In this document: in pieces, positions 34,198 through 47,049 of the stretch
How positions within the stretch are numbered: position 1 is the first letter of the stretch
Layout: the number at the start of each line of letters is the position of its first letter
Assembly: GCA_002269645.1 (NCBI GenBank)
Contig: NIVC01001234.1
Location: forward strand, 62,001-126,000
Length of the DNA: 64,000 bases
Direction: 5' to 3'
DNA from: Macrostomum lignano
Lineage: Eukaryota
Notes under the pieces: generated by a model
What the model saw: the letters and a program-made list of their open reading frames with translations, nothing else
Told to the model about the DNA's origin: nothing
The model's database searches: none
Program-made: the position numbers and the translations under genes

Positions 34198-37100
34198 ATG
34201 CCAGGCCGCGCCAGCGCGCTTTTCCTCATCGTGGCCTCCTTGTGGGGGGCCTGCTCTGCGGCTTCGATTCACGTTGGTAAGCTTCCTCTTCTTCACAAGC
34301 TTTCACAGGGATTCATTTTCACACTAAATTCAATGGAATTCACTGGAACTAGTGACTCCAACTTCAGGTGTTAGCGATCAGCAGAGCGTGCTAGACGAAT
34401 TTGCGGCTATGAACAGCAGTCAGTTGAGCAGCCTATTTGGAAACCATACCGTGACCTTTAAGCCAATCAACGTGCCTTCGGGAAGGACTAGCGCAGATAT
34501 TACAACTTGTGAGAGCTCTAACAAAAAATAATTAAGGTTGCTCATTTTACTCGTCATCTTCCCTCGCAATTTACCTTTGTTGTTTTGGGGTAGTTCGTGC
34601 ATTCGTGACACAAGTGAAAGTACGAGCTAAAGACTTTGCTTACTTCAATAAAGGTCGCACATTCCTCTTCTTTGATAAAAATATAAATCAGTAGCCATAG
34701 CCACAGTGGCCGTAGCTGGTCTTTGTGGTGCAGTACTGACAAAACCGACCCTCTTTCAGTTGTAAACTCCATCCGAAGCGAGTCATTCAGCCTAGTAATC
34801 GGCACCTTCAACGAGTTGCTCGCGTCTGCCTGCTCTTTTCTGACAATCCCATTCTATTCGCTGAGCGAGAAGACGCTGGACCCGGCGCTAACTTCTTCTA
34901 GCTACCTGAGCGACAGCACGACTCTGCTGGCAAATGCTCTGCTGGATGAGCTGATGCTAGCTTCTGTTAACCTCACGACTCAAGTCGGAAAGCGAGAAAC
35001 CATCGTCATGCTCGTTGACGATGTTGGAGCAAGTGAGTTTCACCGGGTCCGAACAAATACTCGTAGCTATGTTGAGCTTCCGCGACAACTAAGAACCAAA
35101 GCATTGTACCTCAAGCTAAGTGCAGGGTCTTTTCTACTCACAACTAAAAATCAAAGCATTGTACCTCAAGCTAAGTGCAGGGTCTTTTCTACTCACAACT
35201 AAAAATCAAATCATTGTACCTCAAGCTAAGTGCAGGGTCTTTTCTACTCACAACTAAAAATCAAAGCATTGTACCTCAAGCTAAGTGCAGGGTCTTTTCT
35301 ACTCACAACTAAAAATCAAATCATTGTACCTCAAGCTAAGTACAGGGCCTTTTCTACTCACAACTAAAAATCAAAGCATTGTACTTCAAGCTAAGTGCAG
35401 GATCTTTTCTACTCACAACTAAAAATCAAAGCATTGTACCTCAAGCTAAGTACCATTTGCTTCACTGCTCTCAATCTTACCCGCAGGGCTCAACATCCTG
35501 TTTGAGAGGAACATCACGCTGGAGTTTCGCATATCTGTGGTGAACTCCAGCAATAGCCCGGAGATTCGACAGCAGCTGTATGAAACAACTCTGTATTCAC
35601 CTGTAGATTCCACTGTCTACATGATTGTCTCAAAGCAGCCCGGGTTCGCGTCGAGCATCCTAAAAGAAGTATGATATAATCTAAGTTAGAAAATAGGCAA
35701 TTTAAATGTGCATAAAACAGAGAACCACTTTTTCACAGACATCCTTTTCTCTCATAGAAAGGGGTATTAAAATAAACATCTTTGGCCATAAAGCAATAAA
35801 ATGTATTTGTTTTTGGCCAAAAAGTTAGGATCAAATGTGAATACAAGTTAAAATCGGGAGTTATTCCCTATCCTTTTTGGGAGTTATTGGTGGATATTAG
35901 CCAATAAAGGTCTGTTTTGTCTGCTTTTGGGGGACATAATGTTGAGACTTTTGCATCGGTGTTCTGCTGCATGAATAATGGCTTCTAAAAACGCACCTAT
36001 TTTTATATCCTCGAGTCATTAAAAAACTTTGGTTGCGTCAAAATCAGGTCCAAAACTCGTTTTAACTTGTATATTTGCATAGGAATCCTGTATGACGAAA
36101 CGAATGTGTTTCGATGGAATCAAAGTTTTATTGAAAAAAACCTTTGCATCTTCATGCAGGCTGTATACCTCAGCATGTTGAAGAGCTCTGCCATCTGGAT
36201 CGTTCCGGAACTGGTAAAACTGCTCAATTGTATTAATTTTTACTCAGACATGTTTCGTGTATATATACTTTTTAATGTGCTTCACTGCCTCTATGCTATA
36301 GTTTCTTGATCAAAGCGAGATTCTCCCCTTCTATGCCACGGGAGCGAGCATCATCACCTTCCGGCTGCCGAACCCTGCAATCACTAATGATGCCCAGCTC
36401 AACATGTCCCTGGCTAGTGACGTCATCTCTCACTTCATCGCCAGCTATGAGAAGAATGTCACTAACGCCACTATTATGGAAAAAATTTTCATGGTACGCT
36501 CATCATTTTTTTAAATGCGCGATGCAAAGAAAACCCAGAGTCTCTTGTGATCTATTTTGATAACGAGTTAGTACCCAAGGACCAATCAATTAGAAAAACA
36601 CGAAACTACGGTCCTTGGAAGTTTTTAGGAGGCAGTTTTACCGAAAAAATACATTACGGAGAATGGAGCTTCTCTTTTATAAGCAAAAAATGTAAATTTC
36701 TTTTGATAGCAGACAACATTTTCATATTTTGGTACGACTTAACTTTCTAATAACTCAATTGACATTTGTAGAGCTTTTTGTTTGAAAAATTTGAATTCTA
36801 TGTTAATTTGATGTTTATGTCCTACCATAAAATTAAATGGAAACAAATTAAGGTATATTAAAAGTTTAAAATTGGGTCTGCCTTCTACTAAAAGCAATTA
36901 CAAATTTTTGCTTACAAAATGAGAACTTCCATTCTCCGTACTGTATTTTTCAGTAAAACCGGCCTCCTAAAAGTTTCCAAGGACCGTAGTTTCCTGTCCT
37001 TCTACTTGACTAGTCCCTGTCAGTACCACGATTCAGACTATTGAAGCATCCCATCACTCTGAGGGAGAATCTGGGAAACTGAAATTGCAGTGACTTTGTC

Positions 37101-40100
37101 TTCCTGTTGGTTTCCAGCTGCTTCTAAGACACTTCTACCCATCTAGCCATAAATGAAAGTCTTGCAGGCCTCAGATGTCACAATATACTCACCGTTTCGC
37201 TTGTTGCTCCGCAGACAACCACCGTCGGATCAGTGTCGATAATGCACTTTAACTCGGTGGACAGACGTCTGGACATGTTCGCTGCTGATCTGATGAGCGT
37301 GGATTCTGGCTCGGCGACAAATCTGACGCTGGTAATTCGGACACTTAATTTGCCGGCTGCATTTTCAAACTTTAAATCACAATAATGCTATGCATATGTG
37401 AGTGTCTGATTCGGCCAAGCACTGGAAAGTGGGATGTCAACTGCAGTTGGAATGGAGCCAGAAGTTTAGCTCTGGACCAAACCGACTGCAATGACCGGAC
37501 CTAACGTGCCCGACCAGTGCACAGGCTCGCTGGGAATTGAGTTATTGATTGCAGTCGGTTTGGTCTCGAGCTTTACTTTGTACTGCATTCTAGAGCCTGA
37601 AGTTCGACTGAAATCCAAAGGAAGCAATTTGAATGGGGTGTCTCGGTGTTTCTACCGGTAGTCTTTAGTTGCCAGAGTTAACATTCCCTTTACCGATTAC
37701 TTCTGTTCTATATTTGAGCTGAAACTGAATCAACTTGTTCTGCTCTGCAGTACGCCACGTGGAACGAGTCGGTGTCAAACAGCCTCCAGTCCTCGAGAAC
37801 GAAGGAAACTCTGAAGTTGCCGGTGCTGCGCCTCGCCGGAGATTTGGTAAGTGAATTTCGCATTGCTGCAACAATTGAGTTTAAATCAGCTGATTTATTG
37901 GTTATTTGCTCAGGTACACTCAATGCCGTAACGTCAGCCTTTTTTGCTCAAGGTGCTTTCATCTTTAGTATGCTATGAGCACATTAGCTAATATGCGACT
38001 TCGACATCGTGTGCCGTAAATTCTAATCAAGCGATGCAACTTGTTCCTCCCCGTTAGGTAAAGCCTTACCTGATGGGAGTGTCTGGTGGATATTCTGGCT
38101 ACAGCATTAGTGTGCTGGAGAAGATCAGTAAAGACTTGTTCACTTACGACCTAACCAGCTTGAAGCTTGGACCCAACTACTTTGAGTTGGTCCAGAAAGG
38201 GGTGAGATGCTGCAGCAAAGTTTTTTCGCATTCATTTCTTTAATATTTTGTCAGAGCCAATAGAATAACTAGATATGTCATTCGCGATAAATGTAGTTTA
38301 AAAAAACTGAGTGCCTATCATCTTGAGCCTCCTACTCTGTCCTTCAATTGGGCGACGAGTGACTGGAAGTTTTTGAGAAACATATCGTCAGCCCCGCCCT
38401 AACTGGGGGTTACCTCTCATTCCGCCAAAACGCGTTTTGCCGGAAAGGTCATTTCACAACCCGCGACGGAAAATTATTGCTCTATGGGTGGGACGCAGCT
38501 AAGACAGTCGAGAGATGTCTATGGCCTAGAAGCGAATTCGCACATGAGAGCAGAAAATCCTGCTGTGCTCGCTTTTAGAGTAGAAGATAAACTCGTAATA
38601 ACACTGAGAGCACCGTGGCTCAAGCAGCTATTATACGAGCTGAGTGTATATCTTCCATCTATCTACAGTATCGGTCTGATACGCTCGTGGTTAGAAACTA
38701 TTGACCTTTTCGGCGAAATGCGTTTCGGCAGTACCCCCCTACTGGGGGTTGTGGGAGCTTCAAAAGCTTTGAATATCCCAAAATTAAAACCTTTTATTTC
38801 CCTTTTATGGTTAAAAAAGCGACTACATCTTTTTTAGACTGAAAAACATAATCGGCATTGAAAAAGCCACCCTAGAGAATTGGCAGAAGTGGCGGTTTTC
38901 AATGTTGCCGAGTATCAGATGAACGCATTTTTCGGGAGTGACATACCCAGTTATTCTAGTATCTGTGGTTTCCATAAGCACAACACTCAATTCATTCGCT
39001 CCGTAAACCTCAGGAAGCAGACATGACAGTTAACCTGGTGGAGCTGACAACAGCCCATATCAACGACACGCGCGTCTCATTTAGTGAGGTCCCATTGATG
39101 AGCAGCGGTGTCGCCGCCATGGGAAGATCGGCCATTAAAGAAGTGGACTTCCTCAGCCCCTTGTACCCGCTCACATGGAACGTTTGGTTCGCCATTATCG
39201 CAGCCTTCATTATCTTGTCGGCCACGCTATACCTGACGGACAAGATCAGCCCGAACGACTACAAGCGACCGAAATTCAGCGTTGCCAAGGCGGCCTTTTT
39301 TGTTTATTCCTCATTCGTAATGTCGAAGCTGAAGTCCTCGGCAGTGAAGCCAAGCTCTCGGATTTTCATTCTAATTCTGTGGTTCGCCTCCCTGATGTAC
39401 TGCACAACGTACGGCACTAATTACTTTTTCCTTCTGATTCGCACCAACCCGAACCTACCGTTCACGAACATGCAAGGCCTGTACGATGAGAGAGACAACT
39501 ACGAACTGCTGATGGTTCAGAACAGCACGGAGTACGCTTTGATGCGAGCGCAGAACTCCAGCTCTGTGTACTGGAAATTGGCCGCGTCCCCGCCAACTTT
39601 CGTCCCCAGCATCGAAGCGGCTGCCAACATAGTAAAGAACTCGACCCTGCCAGGTCGGAAGAAGCCGATCTACATCGGCGATGAGCTCTCGGTGAATTAT
39701 TACGCGGCTGGCGTCTGCGAATTAAAATCCGCCGGCAAGGGGGAGCTCTCCCGGAGTATGCACATCGTGCTCAGCAGCTCTTTGGACAAGAATCTCATTA
39801 GTAACATCAATAACCGCATCCAGGAGCTCAGCGACCGAGGCGAGCTAGAGCAGATAAAAAATAAGTAAGTAAATTGATGGATAGTTACAATCAAAGCTGA
39901 TAGCGTGTCGCTCCCGACCTTCGTAATTGTGCTAAGTTACTACCGGCCTACCGGCACTTTTGTGACCTGAGCTACAAAATTTTGAACCCATTGATGTTGA
40001 TAAATGGAGAAGCTTTCGAACCGACACGAATTCAATCGCTCCTTTTCAGTTACTGGTCCGTGCTGCTCTGCTCAGCTAGTGAGAACCTGATCACCTATTC

Positions 40101-41037
40101 CGAGCTAACAGAGGTGACAATCGACCAAGTTGCGGGCATCTTCATGGTGCTTGCGGGCGCTTTTGTCCTGTCATTCCTCGTAGTAGCAATGGAGTACATT
40201 GGCTACATAATCGGGCTTCAGGTTCAGCGAACTGTAAGCTGCCATTACTGAATGCTTTTTTATTGCTTCATGGCAATTACATTTCTGATTGCTTCCCTCG
40301 GATAGTCTTACTACCCACACTACCCAGGGGCTGTAGCCTAGTGGTTAGAGCGTCGGACTCGCGACTGAAAGGTCTGGGGTTCGATTCTCGATCCCACTTG
40401 GAATAATTTGTGTCCTTGAGCAAGACTTTAACTCTTCATTGCTTCAGTTCACCCAGCTGTAAAATGGGTGCCAGCATTAGCTAGGGTAACTGAGGGTGTG
40501 TGGCGACACCCCAGTCCTTGTACTGAACAGCCGTACGCAGCCTTCAGATGCGCCGCGCAATAGCTGCGGCTGAGCTATCGGTTGCACATCTGCTGATTGG
40601 TGCAGGTGTAATCAATTATTGTTATGTCACTACCCATGCTACTTTGTAAGTAGCATATTGTGTAAATAGTATGATGTCACAGCAACGTTTTACTCTGGCA
40701 GAGAGCCGACCCGGACTTGGAATTTAACAAGGCCTACCGCGCCATCGTCACCAGCATCACCCCGACCGGAGTCTACGTGAAGCTGCACGGCGAGAAGGAG
40801 TTCATACCGAATCAGATGCTGTCCCCAGATGCGTCCAAGGTGAGGCCTTATGCTCGCATGCTATATTTGGGCTTGAATCCAAAATTTGCAGACTGCTTAC
40901 CAACTCTTTAAACAATCACACAATTGCAGGGCATGACAGCCTCGGATCTGCAGATTTCATGCGGCTCTATGATCGAGATCACCTACCTGGGCAACGATCC
41001 CGCCGAAGGCTACCGAATCTTCCACAGGCGTGGCTGA
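34198..41037 (+). CDS. Divergent ionotropic glutamate receptor-like channel with a C-terminal S1/OB-fold domain, 852 aa, 13 exons
   Basis: Exons: 34198-34276 (signal peptide), 34368-34508, 34760-35032, 35487-35668, 36160-36213, 36302-36493, 37215-37331, 37751-37846, 38058-38201, 39014-39864, 40050-40233, 40702-40839, 40930-41037. They total 2,559 nt with consistent phases. iGluR landmarks: M1 PLTWNVWFAII, M3 SSRIFILILWF, S2 INNRIQELSDRGELEQIKNYW, M4 DQVAGIFMVLAGAFVLSFLVVAMEY. AATAAA at 41053. The N-terminal-domain exons are less certain than the core. Confidence 0.85.
35098..35452. repeat. 55-bp intronic minisatellite, ~6.4 copies
   Basis: Unit AAAGCATTGTACCTCAAGCTAAGTGCAGGGTCTTTTCTACTCACAACTAAAAATC, in intron 3 of the iGluR gene. 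Confidence 0.95.
36571..37026. mobile_element. Fold-back/MITE-like element with long imperfect terminal inverted repeats
   Basis: GAAACTACGGTCCTTGGAA...TTTAGGAGG...TACGGAGAATGGA (36602-36665) is mirrored by TCCATTCTCCGTA...CCTCCTAAAA...TTCCAAGGACCGTAGTTTC (36928-36994). The arms extend to at least 125 bp. Confidence 0.75.
40327..40620 (+). mobile_element. tRNA-derived SINE with a Deu/Nin-like core (copy 1)
   Basis: A box TAGCCTAGTGG and B box GGTTCGATTC, then GTGTCCTTGAGCAAG...CACCCAGCTGTAAAATGGGTGCC and an AT-rich tail. It is highly similar to 48049-48390. Confidence 0.8.
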
Positions 41038-42677
41038 GACACTCGGGCGCTGAATAAAGTTGCTGCTATTGCGAACGGTTGTTGACTTTGAGGACTGAAT
41101 TGAGGTGCACTTTTAAAACTCATATGATCTCAAATGTAATATTTATTCAGCAAAAGTATCATCTTCGATACCTTTGTTACCAATATTTACTGATGATTAA
41201 GAGCGTACTATCGGTAACAAGTATTTATTAACGCTCATATTAATGCAAAACTGGTCAATAAAATAATCTTCACTATATATCATGCTACTATGCCAATATA
41301 TTATAAAAACAGGCTGTTCGTATGAACTTTCCATGCGGTGAATCCGCTATGCCGGATAGAGTATGCACAAATGAATTTGAGTTGTATAAACAGAGCGTTC
41401 ACTACACTAGATTCAAGTCGAACGGTTAGCGGATGCCGTACTTAAAGCTATGAGCATATGCCAACGGCCCCGAAATACTTCGTACGGCTCGTATTTTGCC
41501 TTTAAAGCTCTCTTCGACTCCGCACAAGTTAATCTTTCCTACGATTGAATGACAAAAGATCTTGCATCGAAAGTTTACGTTGCATTCGAAAATCGGCCCA
41601 ATGCTTCCCAACGAAAACCTTCGCTGCAAAGTTTTCACAGGCTTAGGTATTTACATAAGATATGTTTCAACCATGTTTCCTTATACTGCCACCCTTGCTT
41701 CTCGTAAAATCGAAACAGTCACTGCAGAGGCGGAGTCTCCGTGCAGACTTAAGGCTGACACGCCCAGACACTGGGAGCAGTAGAAGCATGCGGCAGAGAC
41801 AGCAGCTGCCATGTAGTGAAACAAGCCCCGTGTCGACCCCACTTCACTTTGCGTCGCTCCTGCAATTATGTCCCCCACCCCACCTCTAAAGTCAATTGTT
41901 GGGCCTACGCTCTGACTTAACTCTTTAGCTGAAATGATTTTGCCGAGAGCCTCTGAATTGCGTCTAGCTGGACTGGAAATCTTGGGAGCAGCCTCGCGAT
42001 CCTCTGACTCTGTGGGCGTCAGCGTCAGCGTCTGGCAAACTTCTTTTGTAACAAAAGATGTTGGGGGGAGCCTGCATGAAAGCAAGGCATGCGAGGTGTT
42101 TTCTGAATGACAGCAGGTTGGCAGCTCTGCTTGGTTGCTTTAGAAAGTAGATTTCAATGTTGAACAGCAATACTTTACGTGTACTTACTGAATGAGAGGC
42201 TACGGTTGCAAGTGAAAAGGGGAGCCAGAGACACACAGAGAGAAATATATCAATCGAGAAGATAGTAGCAAGCCAAGATAAGTGCGAAAATGGGACAAAC
42301 AGACGAAGAAGAAAGGGAGAACAAGCAAGGAAAAATATAGGGAAGGATTTAAGGCCGCATTCGAGTGGAGCACGTCATTCATGCATGCTGCCTGTGCTCT
42401 GTAAAACAAGGAAAGGACAGGAATGCTAGAAAGAAACAAGAACAAGACAGGAGGCCCGGACCCCGCCCCTTTCATTGGCAGTCAGCAGAGCTGTCCAATC
42501 GCCGTTTCCCATGCTTGGTAGCGCCTGCAGTAGGGAAACCAGCGCCTTTGCTCGACAGCTGCTTGCCTGCCTCCGGTTAGCTTTATTTCTCGCCCGTCTC
42601 TCGCAGGCTACTGATAGACCGCGCAAGTATTGAATCGGAAAAGCTTCTTGGTCCTCGACATCTTCAGCACCTGCACG

Positions 42678-45600
42678 ATGTGGTCTTCTGTTGCCATGGC
42701 AACACCTGGTCAGGGTATGACGCTACCGATGCAGCGAAACGACAGCAACGTGTCGACAGGAACGGTTACGTTACCGGCGGGTGACAACGTAACTGCGCTG
42801 GCATTTCAAGCCCGCTACGGGTATTTGCACATCGTTCTGACCAGCTGCATCCTGGGAGTCATCATTCTGTGCACCATAATTGGCAACGTGTTTGTAGTGG
42901 CGGCTATTATCCTGGAGAAGAACTTGCAGGTAAGGTCTGACTCCCCGACTTGTTCAATGCATCGATATTTTAAAGACAGGGTATTCCAAAGTTCATAAGC
43001 GCTAAGTTGTACGTAGCCATTCATTTTCAAGGGTGGAACTGCTTGACTGGCATTGTATTGATTTTGCTGACACTGATTCTTTTAAGTACTTCTGGTCTGT
43101 TGAAACTCTTTACAGGGTATAGACGTCTCAGGGTGTGTTGAAAAACTGTTAAAGCTTTGAGCTCTACAGCAAATAGACTACGTCAAGTATTCAAAATATA
43201 CTCCTATTTTACTTATAATGCGGTAGAAAAAGCGAATTTCTCCCCCTGTAATTCGTCAAACATGGTGTATAGAAAGTTTCTCCCATACACGTACAACTAC
43301 AACTACAAAATACAACAAATAGCAAAAATATGCTCTCATCAGTAGGTCTGAAAACAGCCCTGAAATGACAGTCAGTCAGAAACCCTTGCTACTGCTACAT
43401 CCTCGGTTTCAAATGCATAATGAGAAGGCATTTTTGGTGAAAATTGGAGAAAAACTCTTGAAAAGTGGTCCAAAATTGCCCGGGTTGTGAAAGCTTCTCG
43501 AACTTCTTTAGAGTTTTCCAAATCGCGTTGTGCTTATTCTTGCGATAGCCAGTTTGCATCAGTTCAGACGAGTTAACCTTGTGTAGAGAATATTGCAAGA
43601 CTTGAGCTTTCATTTATTTACGATAAAATTATTAAAGAAACATAAGCCACGAGTTTCTTTGTGATCGCGTGAGGGGTACAATTTCTGCTCCAAAAATAAC
43701 TTTGCTCTATCTGAGCAACTCGACTCCTTTGTGCTTTTCGGTTCACTACTCCATTGCTCATGTGAGCACTTGAAGCGAGCAATGGACTGCACGCGGAAGT
43801 CTTCATTGATATAGCTTGAACTCTAACGATGGGAAAGCATGGCATCATAAATGATGGCCCTCTTGAGATCCGAAAAGCATGACAATCAAGCAACGGGGTA
43901 TCACTTGCAGAATAAAAATGTTTTCACGCCAATTTCGCATCCTTCTTCGCTGCCCAGCCTTTGCTTGTCTCACCTGGCTCATGAGCACTTGTCTAATCTT
44001 TGCTTGTCTCACCGGCTCATGAGCACTCGTCTAATCTTTGCTTGTCTCACCGGCTCATGAGCACTCGTCTAATCTTTGCTTGTCTCACCGGCTCATGAGC
44101 ACTTGTCTAATCTTTGCTTGTCTCACCGGCTCATGAGCACTCGTCTAATCTTTGCTTGTCTCACCTGGCTCATGAGCACTTGTCTAATCTTTGCTTGTCT
44201 CACCTGGCTTATGACCACTTGTCTAATCTTTGCTTGTCTCACCTGGCTCATGAGCACTTGTGTAAATGGGGAAACCCGGTGGTAAACCTCTGGCCTCAGC
44301 TCAGAATTGTGCAATTTCTCACCGAGAGAAAGCATTTTCAGCCTCTGGTGATCGGAGTACCGTTTCACTTTTTCGTCAACTGCTACTCAAAACAGCCTCC
44401 GTTCCCACCTGAGCTCAGAGTTCTGCCAGTCCAGCATGCAATGCTCTTAGAAGGAGGAAGAAAGGAAAGGTGGAGAGCAAGAGAAGAGATGGAGAGTATT
44501 CCGATGCGGCAGTAAATTGGCTGATGCTTGATGAATAATTGAGAATCTAATCGGTATCCAGCCTGCTTCACCCATTCTTCTGCCCATCTGTGCTTCGGTT
44601 TTAACTTCAACTTGGTCCTTCCTACCTAGCAACCTTGCTTGCGATCGCGACTGGCTCGCTGTTGATCTTTACGAGTATGCCTCCTTGCGACGGTAACTGG
44701 ACCAGACTTTGACGGATTATACACAATAAAATCACGCGCTCGTAAAAATCAATCGACTTCTACGAGTCACAAAACGTCATTTCTTGAGCTGTGACTCGCT
44801 GCAAACAGGAAGCAGTAGATTTAACAGGCCCGCAGTTGGCTGAAGAGGCTTCGCGAGGGAGGAACACTCCGCCGGATTGCAGTTTTTCCTTCTCAGCAAG
44901 ATGCCATTGCATTGTACCCAACCTGCAATGTTTTCGCGCAAGAAACTGCAAAATTTAGCCGGTTTACTTCTTGCTGTGCAGCTTGGAGACAAGACGCGGC
45001 ACTTTTACGCCATGCCCTTCAGATGCACTTCCAAGCCTCTACTACGCTCGTACACGTTAAGACTTAGTAAAAGTCATATAAAAGAAAAGAAAGGCATAAA
45101 AGTGGTCATAAAATCAACCGTTAGCTTTAAATTGGGACTGGTGCAAAGAACCTACGGTCCAGATGGTTGCGATGCTTCCATCGGCCCGGCGGCCTTCGCA
45201 GCCGATCAAAACGATCCCCCGTTTGTGTGTAAGGAGATGAAAAAGAAAGCCGATTTAACCCTGCCTGTCCATTTGCTTTTTTGACTTGGCGGCGGAATCC
45301 GCAGTTCTGGCAGAGAACTGTTCAGCTAAAACTACTCAGTAATTCGAAAATCTTCTTTGGTGGCAGCATCCGTAAAGGACATGGCTACCATCTGCATTTC
45401 AATCTATTAAGACTGGAATTTTAGTTACTGAAGCAGAAGAGGAAAAAATGGCAGCGAGTACAAAAATTGGCGAGTTTGGTGTGGCCAAACCGGATTAATA
45501 ATAGGAAGCCTACGAAGAGCGACTTAAGCAATTCCTCGTCGTGAATAAAGTGACTGAAGCGAGCGAGCCTGATCACAGTGATAGCCAATGACTGATATCA

Positions 45601-47011
45601 ATTGCAACGCAGCTTGCTATCGCCTGCTTGCTATGGATGTGGCTTACGAAGATCAAGTAAAGATGCTGAGGGAACACTTTAGCCCAGGGGTTGGCCAAAC
45701 CCCGGCCCGCTCGAGGTTTTTGTCTCTTCTCAGATTTCTTCCATTTTTCTCCTCTCCTCCCCTCTCCTCTCCTTTATTCCCTCGCATCTCCTTTCTCCTA
45801 TCTCTCTACTCTATTCTCTCTTCTCAATTCCCTCTCCTCTCTGCCCTCCCCTGGTCAGCAGTCATGCACTAGGTTCCCTATCTGGCCCGTGAAAAAAGAA
45901 AAGTTTGCCGACCCCTGCTTTCGCTCGAAGCCGAAGATTTTCGTCAGATCCGACATGAATGAGAAACAGTGAGTGACTTTGTTGCAAGTCTGCGGAGTTT
46001 GACAGCCACTTGCGACCACGAAAACTTTCTGAAAGACGGGTTCGTCGTTGGCCTCAGGAACAGGCTCATCAAGCGGCGTTGGCTACAGGAAGAGAAGCTG
46101 ACCCTGGCATGCGCACTAACGTTAGCGACTGCGATGGAAGCAGCAGAGCGAGATGTCGTGACTATCGCCTCCTCCAGAAACTTGTCGGTCATGGTGTCAA
46201 TTTCTCGAAAGAAACTAACAAATAATCTACTTCAGTGCAACATGGGAAAAGGAGCCGCATCCAAGATGGACTCCGCCCCATCAGTATATCATCAAATTCA
46301 AAAGAAAAAAGGATCATTCAAATGCTGACGCACTTTCGCGTCTATCAGTGCCTTGTGTCTTGGAGGTCAGGCTAGAACTGCTACCAGTGAATACAGAAAA
46401 GATGCAAATCGAAACGAAGATTCACAGCTTCAGATAGTTGTTCGATACTATTAAAATGGTTGGCCAGAAACCTGTGAGCAAGAGTTGGAACAGTACTTCA
46501 GGAAGCGGAACGAGTTGTGCATTGAGCATACTTTGGGGAGTACGAGTCATTATTCCAAGGAGCGTACAACAGATCGTGTTAGAACTGCTTCATGGTAGAC
46601 ATCCAAGAATCTTTGCAAAGAAATCCATTGCTAGACTGTATGCATGGCTCCCAGGAATCGACAAGGCCATAGAAGCCCTATTCCGTAGTTTTGAAGGCTG
46701 TCAGCTGCAAAGGAATTTGCAATAGCCATGAAAGAGAAATGGTATTGACGACTATACTTTCGACAATTGGGCTTGTTTCAGCTCAATTTATAATCAATGT
46801 CAAATTCACTTGAGCACGTTGTTTATTGTTTTTTTCCAGTATAATTTTGTCAATAAAACGCTCAAACACTCTAAGGACTTTTTTAAGGACTTTTTCGTAA
46901 TTATATAAGAAACTGAGAAAATTTGCAGAACCCCAATTCCGAAAATTCATCGGGATCCCGATCCCGAACCCCGACCTAACCCGAACCCTGAGCACTCCTG
47001 CTCTAGACTTT

Positions 47012-47049
<38 letters not shown>

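Noticed and set aside
37405-37503. Possible extra iGluR exon LIRPSTGKWDVNCSWNGARSL...
   Set aside because: It runs into TAA with no GT donor and has a weak acceptor. The flanking exons already join in phase 0.
40327-40400. tRNA gene candidates at 40327 and 48076
   Set aside because: A and B boxes are present, but there is no clean acceptor stem and both continue into a shared non-tRNA body, so they are SINE heads.
44270-44710. Possible further gag remnant on the minus strand (WERRLF*VAVDEKVK)
   Set aside because: Only a vague resemblance, with no zinc knuckle or convincing PBS.
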